Part shown: positions 43,146 through 56,500 of the stretch, piece by piece
Layout: each line of letters starts with the position of its first letter
How positions within the stretch are numbered: position 1 is the stretch's first letter
From: Octopus vulgaris
Taxonomy: Eukaryota
DNA length: 64,000 bases
Assembly (NCBI GenBank): GCA_951406725.2
Contig: OX597824.1
Location: 1,116,001-1,180,000 of the forward strand
Direction: 5' to 3'
Position numbers and translations under genes: made by a program
The notes under the pieces: model-generated
What the model was told of the DNA's origin: nothing
Databases searched by the model: none
The model's input: only the letters and a program-made list of their open reading frames with translations

Positions 43146-43214
<69 letters not shown>

Positions 43215-43336
43215 GTATATGTATATGTATATGTATGGAAATACAAATGAACACAAAGAAATTTTTGATAATTTTACACTTTAATAATTAGATGACTATG
43301 ATTTAGTGTTTATGTATATATATGTATATATGTATG

Positions 43337-43399
<63 letters not shown>

Positions 43400-43528
43400 A
43401 GCCTTCACACTCACATACATATACACACACACTGTCTTTACTGTCCTGTTTTTGTTACCATTTTCACCACTCCGCAAAAAATCTCAAATTTTATTTCATT
43501 TGCTTTTTGCGGGAAGGAATGTTTCACC

Positions 43529-43797
43529 GAAGTCGTGTCTCGCTTTGACCTTCGAAACACGGAGTAGATGAAACAGAGGCGACTGAAGAAGGAGTATTTT
43601 CCTTGTGTTCTATGTCCTGTACTCTATTTTTTCGTTGTTTAAGAAAAAATTCCATTTCCTTGGTTTTGTGTTTATGTTTTCGTTTCTCATTTTGTTCGAC
43701 GTTTTTGGGTGTCCTGCACCCATATATGCATGTATATATACATATAGATGTAGGTACGTACATATATGTATGTATATATGCATATGTTTTATTTATT
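43529..43797. repeat. Dispersed repeat, copy of 14837-15110
   Basis: Direct visual alignment; the ORF track shows near-identical peptides. Confidence 0.85.
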
Positions 43798-44098
43798 AAT
43801 TTGTTCTCTGGGAAGTAAGAATCTTTTTAAAAACTTCTTATAAAACTGTGCATCATTAGAAAGCATTTTAAGTCTGCTTATAATTTGACCTTAAATTTCA
43901 TAGAACTCACTCCTAATACTTCATGAGGATAATCAAACTCTCTAGGATGTTTGGAAAACATATATGTGATTTAGCTGATGAATACTGGACATTTGTATTT
44001 GCTGCAATATTTGCAGCTCCAAATAATATTGTTCATAGTATGAAACAATTGTACTAAACTACTAATCCATTCTTGTTGCTTTTTTCTTGGTTGTATAA

Positions 44099-44163
<65 letters not shown>

Positions 44164-44443
44164 AAATCGGTGATGAAAGGCGAACTCAAGAACAAAAACA
44201 AGACAACAGAAGTTGAAATGGACATTTAAAGTCAATATATTAGTTTAAAGCTCGCTGGCGAATGAAAGTCAAAATATGACGTTTCGAACATGGTTCTTCG
44301 TTGAATTTTGAAAGAAATTCCAGGGAAGGAGAAAATGAAGAAGGTCCTGATAACCAAGAAAATTGGACGTGAGTGGTTACATGGACCAAAACAAAAACTC
44401 GTATGTAATGATACATACATAACAGTATGGTAAGTAGCTACTA

Positions 44444-44887
44444 GGCACAGGAGTGGCTGTGTGGTAAGTAGCTTGCTTACCAGCATCATAGTTCCGGGTT
44501 CATTCCCTCTGCGTTGCACCTTAAGCAAGTGTCGTCTACTATAGCCTCGGGCCGACCAAGTCCTTGTCAGTGGATTTGGTGGACGGAAACTGAAAGAAGC
44601 CCGTCCTTTATATGTATATATATATGTATATATATATATATATATGTATATATATGTGTGTGTAAGTGTATGTGTGTTTATGTGTTTGTGTTTGTCCCCC
44701 AACATCGCTTGACAACCGATGGTGGTGTGTTTACGTCCCCGTAACTTAGCGGTTCGGCAAAAGGAACCGATAGAACAAGTACTAGGCTTGCAAAAAGTAA
44801 GTCCCGGGATTGATTTGCTCGACTAAAGGCGGTGCTCCCGCATGGCCACAGTCAACTGACCGAAACAAGTAAACAAGTAAAAAAGTA
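44444..44887 (+). mobile_element. SINE family A, full length
   Basis: High identity to the reverse complement of 8086-8488; ends ~55 nt before the exon 4 acceptor. Confidence 0.9.
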
Positions 44888-44943
44888 TATATTGGTAATT
44901 CCGTAGCTTCTTTGATGCCGAGTTCTTTTTTCTTCATTTACAG

Positions 44944-45202
44944 TGAATAAATATGAACCGACCTTCGATCGACTTGAACACAACATTGTGACCAATGTAG
45001 ATGTACACAGTGGAGAACGGATACTCCGAGTTAATGCTATTGACCAAGATTTCAGCACAACATGTAGCAGACAGCTGCCATGCGATTGTGCTAATATAAG
45101 CTACAGCATCCTGAGTGGCAATCAGGAATCGAAGTTTATGATTGATCCCGACACAGGTATCATTTCCTTGGCAAATGGAGCAAGACGATCCGATGATGCT
45201 AG
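44944..45202 (+). CDS. Exon 4, cadherin domain (N-terminal part)
   Basis: Acceptor tttcttcatttacag; (V)NKYEPTF...LRVNAIDQD...ISYSILSGNQESKFMIDPDTGIISL carries cadherin motifs (PxF, AxDxD, YSI.SGN...F.ID..TG.I); donor AG|GTAAGG; phases 1/2. Confidence 0.92.
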
Positions 45203-45705
45203 GTAAGGTGCTACACGTCTGCCTCCATTTCATGTACAGATATATCGCGGACAGAAAAGAAAAACAAAAACAAAAATTATACCGCATTAACGCATGCACC
45301 AGCGCAAACACACGCACACGCACGCACACACAGGCACACACATACACGCACATACACGCACCCTGTATGCTCGATCAGAAATGGCCTGCAGCTAAGCAAC
45401 GTAAGATAATAAGAGCAACAACAATTAGCAGTTCTGTCCCTTTGCATTATGAATTTTAAAAATCATCGAACTGGAGCAAACCATTCTACCATTCGGGAAA
45501 GCTATTTTGCCACAACACCACTTCAGTAGATTTTGTGCGTTTGTGCATGCGCTAGGGGAGTGTTTGTGTAACTCGGGCGGAATAAATATTACATGGAATT
45601 TTACTTTTAAAGTGCTGATTAAAATATATAATAATATGAATCAGACAAACATATAGATATACACGCGGGCACAAACACAGCATGTGTGCGTGTGCTATAT
45701 ATCTA

Positions 45706-45762
<57 letters not shown>

Positions 45763-45800
45763 CATATATACACATACACTCAAATACACACACACACACT

Positions 45801-45834
<34 letters not shown>

Positions 45835-46260
45835 AATAAATGTGTGTGTGTGTGTATGTGCGTGTATGTGTGTAGTGTAATTTGTACCGGATTCGTCTGC
45901 CCCTTTGAAGGGTCATATTTTCCACATCCCGCAGGGTGCACAAAGCCTCTCTACTCACCAAGCAGCCTTGGTAGCGTTGCCGGTTTAGGCAGCGTCGATA
46001 ACGTGCATCGGGTTGTGTCGATACATGTTACATGTTGACAGTAGCACACAATAACGACACTTGCGGAGATTCCGTATAGTTTCAATGCTGCAAAGTTGAC
46101 AAAGCATTGGTGAAATGTAGACTGTACCTAGTGTCAGGCAGTGGAATCGATCTTGGGATGCCATGTAGTTGAAAAGCGAATTCCTTAACTAAACAACCAT
46201 GGCTACACTATCATATCATGAAATCATATCAAAAGACAATCTATATCATTCTTTCTCTAG

Positions 46261-46417
46261 GTACTTTCTTGAAATAGTGGCCAGAAACCCCAACAAAGAC
46301 TATGGTGATGTTTCCAAGGAAACGTACTCAGTGACTTCCGTTCACATTCTCTTACCAGGCAAGAAAGAACATGATAACGAATACCACCATGACTATCACC
46401 TATCACGTCATAAAAGG
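46261..46417 (+). CDS. Exon 5, end of cadherin domain, His-rich linker and RHKR furin-type site
   Basis: Acceptor ctttctctag; YFLEIVARNP (cadherin Y.L.V.A strand) ... EHDNEYHHDYHLSRHKR; donor GTAAGT at 46418; phases 2/0. Confidence 0.88.
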
Positions 46418-47639
46418 GTAAGTAATCCAGACTTTGCATACTATATATATCCGTCACTCTTTAGGCTTTCAAATATGAAACCTGTTCTAATGTTTCACGC
46501 CATAAGAGGGGAAGCAGTTCATATTCTGAATGCCGTTTATATATCCATCTCCCATTACCTTTTAAATATAAAACGTGTTTGAATATTACTTCGATGGGTA
46601 ACTTCCTTGTCAAGGAGTTTGTTCAAGCAGACATGACCTAACATCTCTAACAACGTAAAACTAATGTAGGGACGCAAGCTTTTCAGCTAGTAGAATACAA
46701 TCGGAGAGGTTAATGCTTAAATGTATCCTGTTAACACCTTTCCGATTTTGTGCACGTGGTCAAGGCCCTTCGCTCCTTCACTCACAACAGCAGGCTCCAT
46801 GGAACTAACATTCCAAGGTGATTTGGTTACTGCCATAAACAGCTGCAGTACTGTAAAATTGACGGTCAGTTACCTAAGATTATAATCCTTTCTTATTTTG
46901 GCACAAGGCCAGCAATTTTGAGGTGTAGAAAAGTTGATTACATCGACTACATTCTCGATACATGTTATCGACCCGAAAGGCAAAATCGATCGCGGCAGCA
47001 TTTGAACTCAGATCGTAAAGTTGGAAAAAATGTCGCTAAGCCGTAACGTAAGTTATTGAAACGATTGATGAAAATTACACTGAGACGCCACCTGTACGAA
47101 AACAATGAAACAAGTTCGAGCCATATTTAAGGTTGCGAGAAGCTCAGTAGGTAGTGGCTAGAGTGTAAGGTTCATTATAGTAAAGTCGTGGGTTCATTTC
47201 TTGGATTGGGAAGCGAGTTACTTCATTTCCTATCCCTTCAACTAATATTTTAACCACGTAATAAATATAACGTTACCCTTACCTCACGTCGTTGACACTT
47301 CTCTCTCCCTCTTTCTCTCTCTCTCGCTCTTTGCCTTTCCTTTTCAACTAATCAGCGTAACGCATCTCGACCTTAGCGCACTGATTTGTATTAGATGAAG
47401 TGAAGAGCAGAAAACATTGGCTCAATGGCTATTATTATTTTAATTTGGTTTTTGTGAGTACAAGCAACAACTACTGGTATGTTTCGGTTTTAAAACAGTC
47501 TGTGTTTATTAAAATACAGATTATATAAATATTTATCTTCATGCTAATAATTCCTTCTTATCACATCGATATTATCGATTAGACCAACCACAATCGCAAC
47601 CTCCTCAACTGGTTTTCTGTCATATCTGGACATTCACAA

Positions 47640-48300
47640 CTTCCGTTCACCATGAATGGAAAATCCGTATCTACTGTGGACTCCCATAAGGAATAGTTCT
47701 TGGTCCTCAAATAATCCTTTACTCTCTACCCTTCATCTCAACTCAACACCACAACCTTTCTTCGTCTATCCGAACTTATTTTTACTCTCACCTGCCTCTC
47801 CTTCCCTGGCGTTTTTTGTCAATAAACTACTGGTGTGGCCCCGGGGACAGAGATGGGTCTCGTTTGTGCCAAAGTTTTAATGGCCCATCTGAAAACTTAG
47901 TTTGCTCAGTTCATCGAGCTTTCCCCAAACTTCTCCGTCGCTGGTGTTTCCTGCAGAGACCAAAGTCCTGTTGCTGAGATCTCTTTCCTCTACAATTTCC
48001 ACTCATCTTTGGAATATATCTGTACTGACATCGATAGCTCCAGTTACCTTCCTCGATATCTCCACCATTATTGATAACCCACACGCTTCCATCTCACTTC
48101 ATTATAAACATATCCACTCACCCTTCCATCTCAACTCTGTCTCTTCTCGTCTAAACTAAAACTGCCATCTTCTTTCAACCTTTTCGATGATGTCGTAACA
48201 ACTTGGATTTTCTTTGGAAATGCAGTATTTCTTCCTAACATGCAGTTACCTTGTAGCATTAGTCAACTATGCGCTTTGTAGTCCAGCGAGCCCAGGCCAT
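47640..48300 (+). mobile_element. Degenerate Penelope-like RT fragment
   Basis: GVAPGTEMG (GVAMG-like motif) at ~47831, plus VTFLDISTI...LHYKHIHS. Confidence 0.6.
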
Positions 48301-49330
48301 TAATAGAAATTTGGCACTTTCGCACCAAGTTCGTACTCGCAAAAACAAATTTCTTTTGCCGCAGATCCTTCGCACTTTAAATATTCTTTTCTTTTTACTA
48401 CACTTGTCCCTTCGTCTCTAACAGTATGCTCTCAGTTGCTCAGAAAATTCATTTTCGTGTCTTTCCCAAATGTGATTGTATCTATACAGCGTATCCATAT
48501 CACTGTCTCTTTTAATGAAACAAAAATTAATTTTAAAAATGAAAGGTTGGAAAAACTATATAGTTTTAAGTGAGGATTCGATGTGATGGTCATGGGTATT
48601 CTTGCATAGCTCAAATGGTTTAGCAGCATTTCGAAATACATCCTGAAGCATTTACATAATTACTTTATCTGCTGTGTTATGTATTCCATTGAGGAACTCC
48701 TACCTTTTCTGCTTCCATTCTCTGCTGTATTCAGCACATTCCAGTGACATCAACCAGTGTTGAAACACAAACATTGTAGGGTCGATGCGTGGATGATAGA
48801 TTTTCCTCTTAATTCTATTAAGACCTTCAGCGATCAAACTAATTATGAAGGTATTCTTGTCAAGACCAAACAATAAATCTATAAATTGGATTATTCAATG
48901 ACCCCTACCGATTTTTTTAGACGATATGATGGGATATCATGGAAATTTTGCTGTAATTTCTTAGACTATGACTGACAACATACAGGCCACCTCGTCGAGT
49001 TTCTCTGGAAAGCATCGCACGTTACAAAGAACGAATTAATAACTATAAAACAAAACAAAAATGTCTTCGGAATTATTTTTAAAAATTCATTTAATTATCG
49101 ATATATTTTTCAATGAAAAATATATAACCATTACAAATATACGTTTTGGAAATAAAGCGAAAACAGAAGTAAAATCAATAAGTGATATGTATATATATAT
49201 ACATATATATATGCTGATTAAAATGCTAAATTTGTAGAAGAAAAAATGCCGCACATCCGGATGTGTTACGTCAATTGCTTTGTTAATATTTTTAATCACT
49301 TAATTACCAGATATTTTTCTCTGCTTCTAG

Positions 49331-49603
49331 TATGCACCCGCAAACCCCATACCAACAAACACCACTTTTGAACTGGAGCAGGTGGGTGCGCCAGTGACAT
49401 ATGTTGAAAAAGGTATGGCGCTTACCTTTGAACTCTACCTGCATTTCGCATTAGGGACTACCGATCTGTTGGTGGAAATCTTCACACCGGTTAACCAAAC
49501 TGAAATATTCACATTGTGTAAACCTACCATTACTCATGTCGGTTCTAATATCCAATACGATGAGAGACCACCTCTTATAGACAGGAGTGAAACGACGGGT
49601 GTG
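49331..49603 (+). CDS. Exon 6, repeat 1 N-half
   Basis: Acceptor ttttctctgcttctag; [17 protein letters not shown]...[28 protein letters not shown]...ETTGV; donor GTAAGA at 49604; phases 0/0. Confidence 0.88.
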
Positions 49604-49716
49604 GTAAGAATTCGACAATTCTATACTTTTATAGTGTTTCCTTGTATTTATTTGGTAAGGGCACTTCGCCTTGATGTCCCAATAGACATTTTAATATATA
49701 TTTGTGTGTGTATGTA

Positions 49717-49787
<71 letters not shown>

Positions 49788-50042
49788 TTCAATATTTATA
49801 TTTGAATGTCTGGGCAGCATATATATGTATGGGTATCTGTGCATCAGTATACCTGAGCTTGTGTATATGTATAAATATTCATACGTGCCTAACTGTGGTT
49901 ACTTGCGCGCACATACACACCGAATTGCAGCCTCGTTGCTTTGATTTTTATACACATAGACACACAGAGACACACATGCACACAGACACAGACACAGACA
50001 CACACATATATGCACATATATACAGACATACACAGACACACT

Positions 50043-50127
<85 letters not shown>

Positions 50128-50357
50128 CTATATAGTAGGGAATATAATTCCAAAATTACAGGAAAAATTCAATTTAGCTATTCAAAATCAAATTTCACAA
50201 TATATAATATATATGTATATTAATTAAGAGATAAACCGGTATTAAAAAATTCAATAATGAACGATGTTATTCACACCATATAGCAAACATATACTATAAA
50301 AACCTTATTATAAAAATCAATAAAGTACAAAAACAATAAATAGTAAATAGTAGTAAA

Positions 50358-50479
50358 AAGACTACGCGCGTTTCGTGGCTATATTTTCAAATAGATAAAA
50401 ATAATAAAATCAATTCGACTTAAAATTAAATCGATCTAAAATTAATTCTATTTAAAAATATAGTCACTCATCAGGACTA
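50358..50479 (-). ncRNA. Hammerhead ribozyme motif with very long stem II, downstream of a Penelope-like element
   Basis: Minus strand reads agtc CTGATGA gtgactatatttt...~90-nt hairpin...aaaatatagccac GAAA cgcgcg TA gtct. Palindromic stem III; stem I has a mismatch. Confidence 0.6.
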
Positions 50480-50480
50480 A

Positions 50481-50544
<64 letters not shown>

Positions 50545-51139
50545 GAATAAATTTACTTAACTTATACTAATTATCAAATAAATATAAACAAATACGTGTA
50601 TTAACTACAAATTAGCGAAAAACATTTAACAATATTTTTAAAAATAAAAAAAATAACTTATCTTATCGAACGTTTTCTGTTAACTAAAAATTTAAACGCA
50701 ACACATAGAACTTAGCGTTTATAAGAAATACATCGCGTGAAAATATGGCGTAAATAGAATTTATAGATTAAATAGATAGAAATATTTAAGCTATTAAAAT
50801 TACAAATGTATTTTTGCTTTGAGAATAAGAAAAAAATTAACTTTAATATACCGTTTACTAGATAAAATTTTAAAGTTTAAATAATTAAAAAACTAAAATA
50901 CGAAAAATACATAATATAATAAACATAAATTAAGCTAAATTTCTATAATTTAATCTATTTTAATTAATTAATTTATTTATTGTATAAACATCAAAGTTAC
51001 ATCTTATGCTAATTGTAATATATACTATATAATCTCGTGCTAATTTATACGCATTTTACTACTACAAATTATAACTACAACAATTAGTAACATAAAACAG
51101 GGTTTATATATATACACAAATTAGCTAAACTTATTATAT

Positions 51140-52300
51140 AAGTAATTTATGTCTACATTTAATTTTTCTTTCGTCTAGGGAATATTAATTAATTTTTATT
51201 ATTAGTTAATAATATCTCCTTAAATTTGTTAGTACATAATAAACAAACATTACTACCTATTCGATAGGATTTTACCTCACAAACTATCTCCCAATTTAAA
51301 TTGTAGTTAATATTTTTAGATTTTAGTTCCCATACTAAGGCCAAAAGAATTAATTAAATTTCTATTCTTAAAAGAAATCATGTGTTGAGCAACCCATAAC
51401 TTAATTTTATTAGAAGTCGGCCCTATGTAAATCGCATTTAAATTATAACCATTTCTATTATTATCATCAATCAAAGTCTCTACACATTTATATACTGTAT
51501 CATCGAAATTACATTTATTATTTAATTTACATTTAGTTTTATTTCTATATGTACAATTAATTATATTCTGATTTTTATGATTATTTTGTAATAATTATTT
51601 GATTTGTTTTTTGTAAAACTTATTCAGCTTAAATTTATTAAAATAAACAATGTTACCAAAATTATTAGTAGTAGAATAACCAACTCCAAAATTATTAATA
51701 GAAAAAAAGTTATTATATTTTTTATTACCTCTAATTAATACTTCAATTATATTTAAAATCTCTTTAGTAATGTTTGTTTTAACTTGTGCTCCATAAGGAA
51801 TAATTAACCTAATTTTGTTCTTATTAATATTATTATATTTATTTTTTAAATTAGTAAATTTATTATTATCATGAAATGAATTAAATTTAATCTTATTTTT
51901 TAGTCTGTTATTAGATCTATGTTTTGTATTATCATAATACATATATTATTAATACCATTATTACCTAAATAAAACTTATAATTCTTAATGTTATGTTTAT
52001 CATTATAAAAAATATAGGAATTATTTATATTATAATCTTTTATATTAGAATTATTAAAGAATTTAATATTATTATTATGTCTCGCCTCTCGCAGGGCTTC
52101 ATTATAATAAGGTGTGTGTTTTTGGAAAATCTCAAAATTAGAAGAAAATATCGATATTCTTTTACCTATATTATCTCTCAACGATTTCTTAATTGAGGGT
52201 GGATGATTACTATTAGCATTAATATATCTAAGGTTTTCATTAATTTTATGGAATGGTTGGGTTTTACCTGTTACTAAATTAGAATTAGCATCTGAATAAT
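51140..52300 (-). mobile_element. Penelope-like element remnant (RT thumb plus GIY-YIG endonuclease)
   Basis: NIGKRISIFSSNFEIFQKHTPYYNEALREA and IPYGAQVKTNI; TVYKC...IYIGPTS near 51410-51500; extremely AT-rich. Confidence 0.75.
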
Positions 52301-52769
52301 TAACATTATCGATTGTATTTAACTCTCAATTTCATTAGTTATGGAACTTACAGGTAAGATAGAACCGCTATTTTTGGAATTCATCTTTGAAGGATATTCC
52401 TATATCATCTAGAAAAGAATATATTTTGAAACTTATTGATAATATCAAAGATTTTATTAAAATCCTACTACAATAATTGTAACATATGTAATTTTAACGA
52501 TGTAGAGAATGATAATTATATCAATTCTAAATTGAAATCTAGAAAGGAACCCCCGTATAATAGGAATATACAGGTTTTAGAGGACAATATTTGGAAGGTA
52601 GTGAAAAATATTAAATTTCATAAATACCCAAATGGACATAATTAATATTTAAGAAATCTAGCTATTAGAATAAAAGAAATGCGAAATATGGAAGGAATTG
52701 TAGTACAATCAGATAAAACTAGGAACCTATATAAACTAGATGTTCTATTTTCCAGTTTGCATCTGCATA

Positions 52770-52885
52770 CCCATCAGTATATATTTTTATTTGTGGGAAC
52801 ACTTACATCTATTAGTTTACAAGTATTTTCTTCCCTCTCTTTAATAACTATGTCTGGTTGATTATCCTGGATTGTTCCGTCGGTG
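52770..52885 (-). mobile_element. Short R4-like restriction-like endonuclease fragment
   Basis: NQPDIVIKEREENTCKLIDVSVP. Confidence 0.65.
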
Positions 52886-53095
52886 TTATTATTGTTCTTG
52901 TTATTATTATTAATATTATTACATGTATTTATGTGCGTATCCATGTATATATAAATGTATAATAATACATGCATGCATATGTGAGACCCATATATATTTA
53001 TATACTGATGGGTATGTGGATGCAAACAAGAAAATAGAACTGAAAATGGGTAGTTTTTATCAATATTTAGCAGAAATAGCAATACATGTCTCTAA

Positions 53096-53150
53096 GTGCT
53101 ACTCATAGTTTCATGTGTTGAAAAACATCTCAAACATATTCATCAGGCAC
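53096..53150 (-). ncRNA. Type I hammerhead ribozyme, intact core
   Basis: Minus strand reads gtgc CTGATGA atatgtttga..tcaacacat GAAA ct-atg-ag TA gcac: perfect 4-bp stem I and a GUA site. Confidence 0.75.
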
Positions 53151-53639
53151 AAACCGCATATCATGACAAACTAAAAATAGTGAATAAGAGAAGAAACGGG
53201 AAAAAGCTGAGACGGCAGACGAGGAAGGTCTTTTTTTTTAAAACAAAGCGAAAAACAGGAAATGAAAAAGTAAAATCTAAAAGTTAAAAACTATCATGTA
53301 AAAAGTAAAAGAGAGTTATCCTCCTTAGACCTTAAATTATAAGTCTGGAAAGATATCAACGAGTTAATCAGGTATAGGCGGAGTTTTACAATGCTTCAAA
53401 ATATATTTACGAATGTGTTTGCAACCGCTGAAAATTTCATACCAAGAGTTCAGAAGAGAGAGAAGGAACTTAAACCTGAAAATGATTTGTGGTCTTTCAG
53501 TTAAACATACCCTACATATATTTTATCCATATTTAGATGAAGTGCTTATTTCGTTGATCCTTCTATCATGTGGGTATGTGTGTGTGTGCGTGAGTGTGTG
53601 CATCCAATGTAGGATGTGTATATATACATATATATATAA

Positions 53640-53694
<55 letters not shown>

Positions 53695-53854
53695 AACATA
53701 AATACATTCATATATATGTCTGGCTATGTATGTATGTATGTATGTATGTATGTATGTATGTATGTATCTATCTGTCTGTTTGTCTGTCTATTTATCTATC
53801 TGTGTGTGTATGTTTGTATATAGTATATGCATAAATTCTCGCTTTTCATTTCAG

Positions 53855-54082
53855 GATAATCGAGCAGTTTTTGAACTGGGTAACGTCACTAACTCCGGAA
53901 CTGCAACCAGTAATTACGAAGACAGTATCATAAAGATTGTGTTTACCGTTATCATGATCGATCCTGCAACGGATCCTTTAGTTAATGGTAAATCCTTTTG
54001 GCTCAGTGCTGGTGTTGAATACAACAACAAAGACGACATTTGGATTGGTCAAAAATCTTTTATTGCCATGCAAGTTACCAAC
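53855..54082 (+). CDS. Exon 7, repeat 1 C-half
   Basis: Acceptor ttttcatttcag; DNRAVFELGNVTNSG...FWLSAGVEYNNKDDIWIGQKSFIAMQVTN; donor GTAAGT at 54083; phases 0/0. Confidence 0.88.
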
Positions 54083-54279
54083 GTAAGTGGGTTTCTGTTA
54101 TTTTAATCATGTTGAATCTCAATTCACCGCCATGTTTTCGTATTATAGTTTAAATGTGAAATAATTGAATCCAGGGTTTACTTTGTGAAGCGACAATTGT
54201 TTTCGTTCTGTTCTGTTGTGTGGAGATATTGATTGAATGGTTTGAGCTGGTTTGAATCTCTCATTTACAATGGCATTAT

Positions 54280-54557
54280 CACCATGACCGACCAGGCTAT
54301 CAGATGTTGCTACACATCGTTGGTCACAATGCGCTTCGCATTGTTTTAGCCTTCAAATGACACCACCCCGCTGGCTAAGCGAGCAGGCCAACAGAAGAAA
54401 GAGTACAGCAGGGATCGCCACCACACCCTGCCGGAGATTCGTGGAGCTTTAGGTGTTTTCGCTCAATAAACACTCACAACGCCCGGTCTGAGAATCGAAA
54501 CCGCGATCCTACAACCGCGACTTCGCTGCCCTAACCACTGGGCCATTGCGCCTCCAC
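54280..54557 (-). mobile_element. tRNA-derived SINE family C with 13-bp target-site duplication
   Basis: Head ggaggcgcaatggcccagtggttag...ggtttcgattc; ACAATGGCATTAT at 54267-54279 and 54558-54570. Confidence 0.88.
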
Positions 54558-55902
54558 ACAATGGCATTATATCAACGTAAACTTAAATACTCGTTTACCT
54601 TATGAGACGGAAATTATTTTTATCCTGCAGTGTAAAGACAGAGTAAAATCTCTCCCAGACTTGTGCGTTCTACGCAGGCGATGTTCATCTTATATTTCTG
54701 CTAGGTAATCTCCGTAAGACTCACCCCCCACACAAGAAAAAAGAAAAAGAAAAAATAGTAAGAAAGAAAAATAAACAAGAAAATAGTCACCAGCAGGGAT
54801 TTTCCATAATCTTGGGATATTATTTGAATATCATGGAACGCAATTAGGATGACATCAGAACGATCGAGCGCCGGATGCATAAGATGGCATCGTATTATGA
54901 AACTATTTAGCTTATTAGCTGAGAAATATAGGAAGAATTATAGTAATTGGTAGAAGAGGCAGAAGGAAATACAACTGCTATGGTCAGATCGATTATGTCT
55001 TGTTGATGCCGATGTAGGAACTGCTCTACGGCAGAGGCATCAACAATTATCATTGCGGTAGCAAAACACGAGAGAAATTGTTCAACTACTGACACCAACC
55101 AGATATCTTGTTGATGTAGTTAAGTATTGGTGATTATGGCAGCTGTCCCTTACGGATAAATGGTCAGTTCTCTAATACGAGGTGCAGTCGGGCTTTCTTT
55201 ATATAAAATCTAACATCGTTTACACATGACTGTGAGGTACCGAAAAGAGTAGCACATCACCTGAACAGAGATACAGTTTTGCTTGTAAAAGTTTTCGTTA
55301 GAAATTGATCTTAAATAGAAGATGCTAGGTTTAATGGCTTCTTTACGATCTTAGTGATTCTAAGTATTTACAAAGTTATTCCACTGTCTATTCCACTTGG
55401 TCGACAGCTTGTTACCCCACACCTCAAATTTCTGAAATGTTGATATTCTGATTAAGGTTTGTCGATCTGTTGGTTAATCAACAAGTCATTGCCCACTTGT
55501 TTACCTGGTTACCTGACGAGTTGGGAATTACACAATTTAACTGACTGCATTATGCTTACGTCAAAATAAAATTCCCCGTGAACGAATTGTTGCAATACCA
55601 GATAAACCACTCCTCTACTTATATTTTGTTTTTACGTCACACTTAAGCTTTCATTCCTCACTGGATACTTTCGGATAGGAATTGTGGATTACCAAAGATA
55701 ATGGGTGACTTAGCTACCTACTTTCTGTGTAATTCTGTCTTGCCAGTTCCCGGCATGCTTCACTTTAATTTAACTTCCTCCCCCATTGATTCCTTGTAAT
55801 CAAAACTATCATCGATATGAACCATGTGAAATTACTGATTTGTGAGATTAATAGTTATTTTATTTTCAATGATTTTATTCCAATTACTATATTTATTTTC
55901 AG

Positions 55903-56200
55903 TTCACTGCAACCCCTGCTTCGTTTAATCTGAGTGGACCCTCTGAAGTTAGCGTGGACGCCGCAGCTTTGTTTAATCTGGAGTTAAACCTTCCTATTTT
56001 AGCCAACGAAGTGAAAATAGATGTGTTCTCTCCTTTGGACTTACCATCCGTAATGACTGTATGTAACATAAGAGTTACAGGACATGGCAGTAATTTTGAA
56101 TGTTTAGACACGTCGGATATATCAAGTAGTCTCACTGCATCTGAAATAGATTCGGGGTATTCAAGAGGACATCTGGATATGGGATACGTCACCAATTCAA
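55903..56200 (+). CDS. Exon 8, repeat 2 N-part
   Basis: Acceptor atttattttcag; FTATPASFNLSGPSEV...IDVFSPLDLPSVMTVCNIRVTGHGSNFECL...LDMGYVTNS; donor GTACGT at 56201; phases 0/1. Confidence 0.88.
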
Positions 56201-56442
56201 GTACGTATATGATGACTTTTATATTCTTTGAGCTATAAAGAAGTTTAAAAGATCGGAAGGAAAAATATATATCATGTTGTTGACATCATAAAATTCTTAT
56301 AAACTTTCGTGAAATCTTTTGGCATAACGTATCTCGAAGCAGTCTCGTGAAGGTGTAAACACTAGTATGTAAAGACAGCCTTCTACTTCTCTCCAATAGG
56401 GTCCTTCATTCCAATATTTGCATGCTATTATTCTGTTGAAAG

Positions 56443-56500
<58 letters not shown>

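Larger units (their letters stand above)
42370..43148. repeat. 352-bp inverted repeat (42370-42721 / 42797-43148), probably inverted Penelope pseudo-LTRs
   Basis: Arms are reverse-complementary wherever I compared them, and the ORF track shows identical 78-aa ORFs on opposite strands. A ~65-bp direct repeat (42307-42371 / 42735-42799) precedes each arm; (TA)n flanks both sides. Confidence 0.92.

Noticed and set aside
44944-46417. Calling the gene a protocadherin or classical cadherin
   Set aside because: Only one cadherin domain, preceded by EGF and followed by non-cadherin repeats; no gene symbol is justified.
49604-50227. 3' part of the 281-aa ORF 49382-50227
   Set aside because: Read-through past the exon 6 donor into intronic microsatellite.
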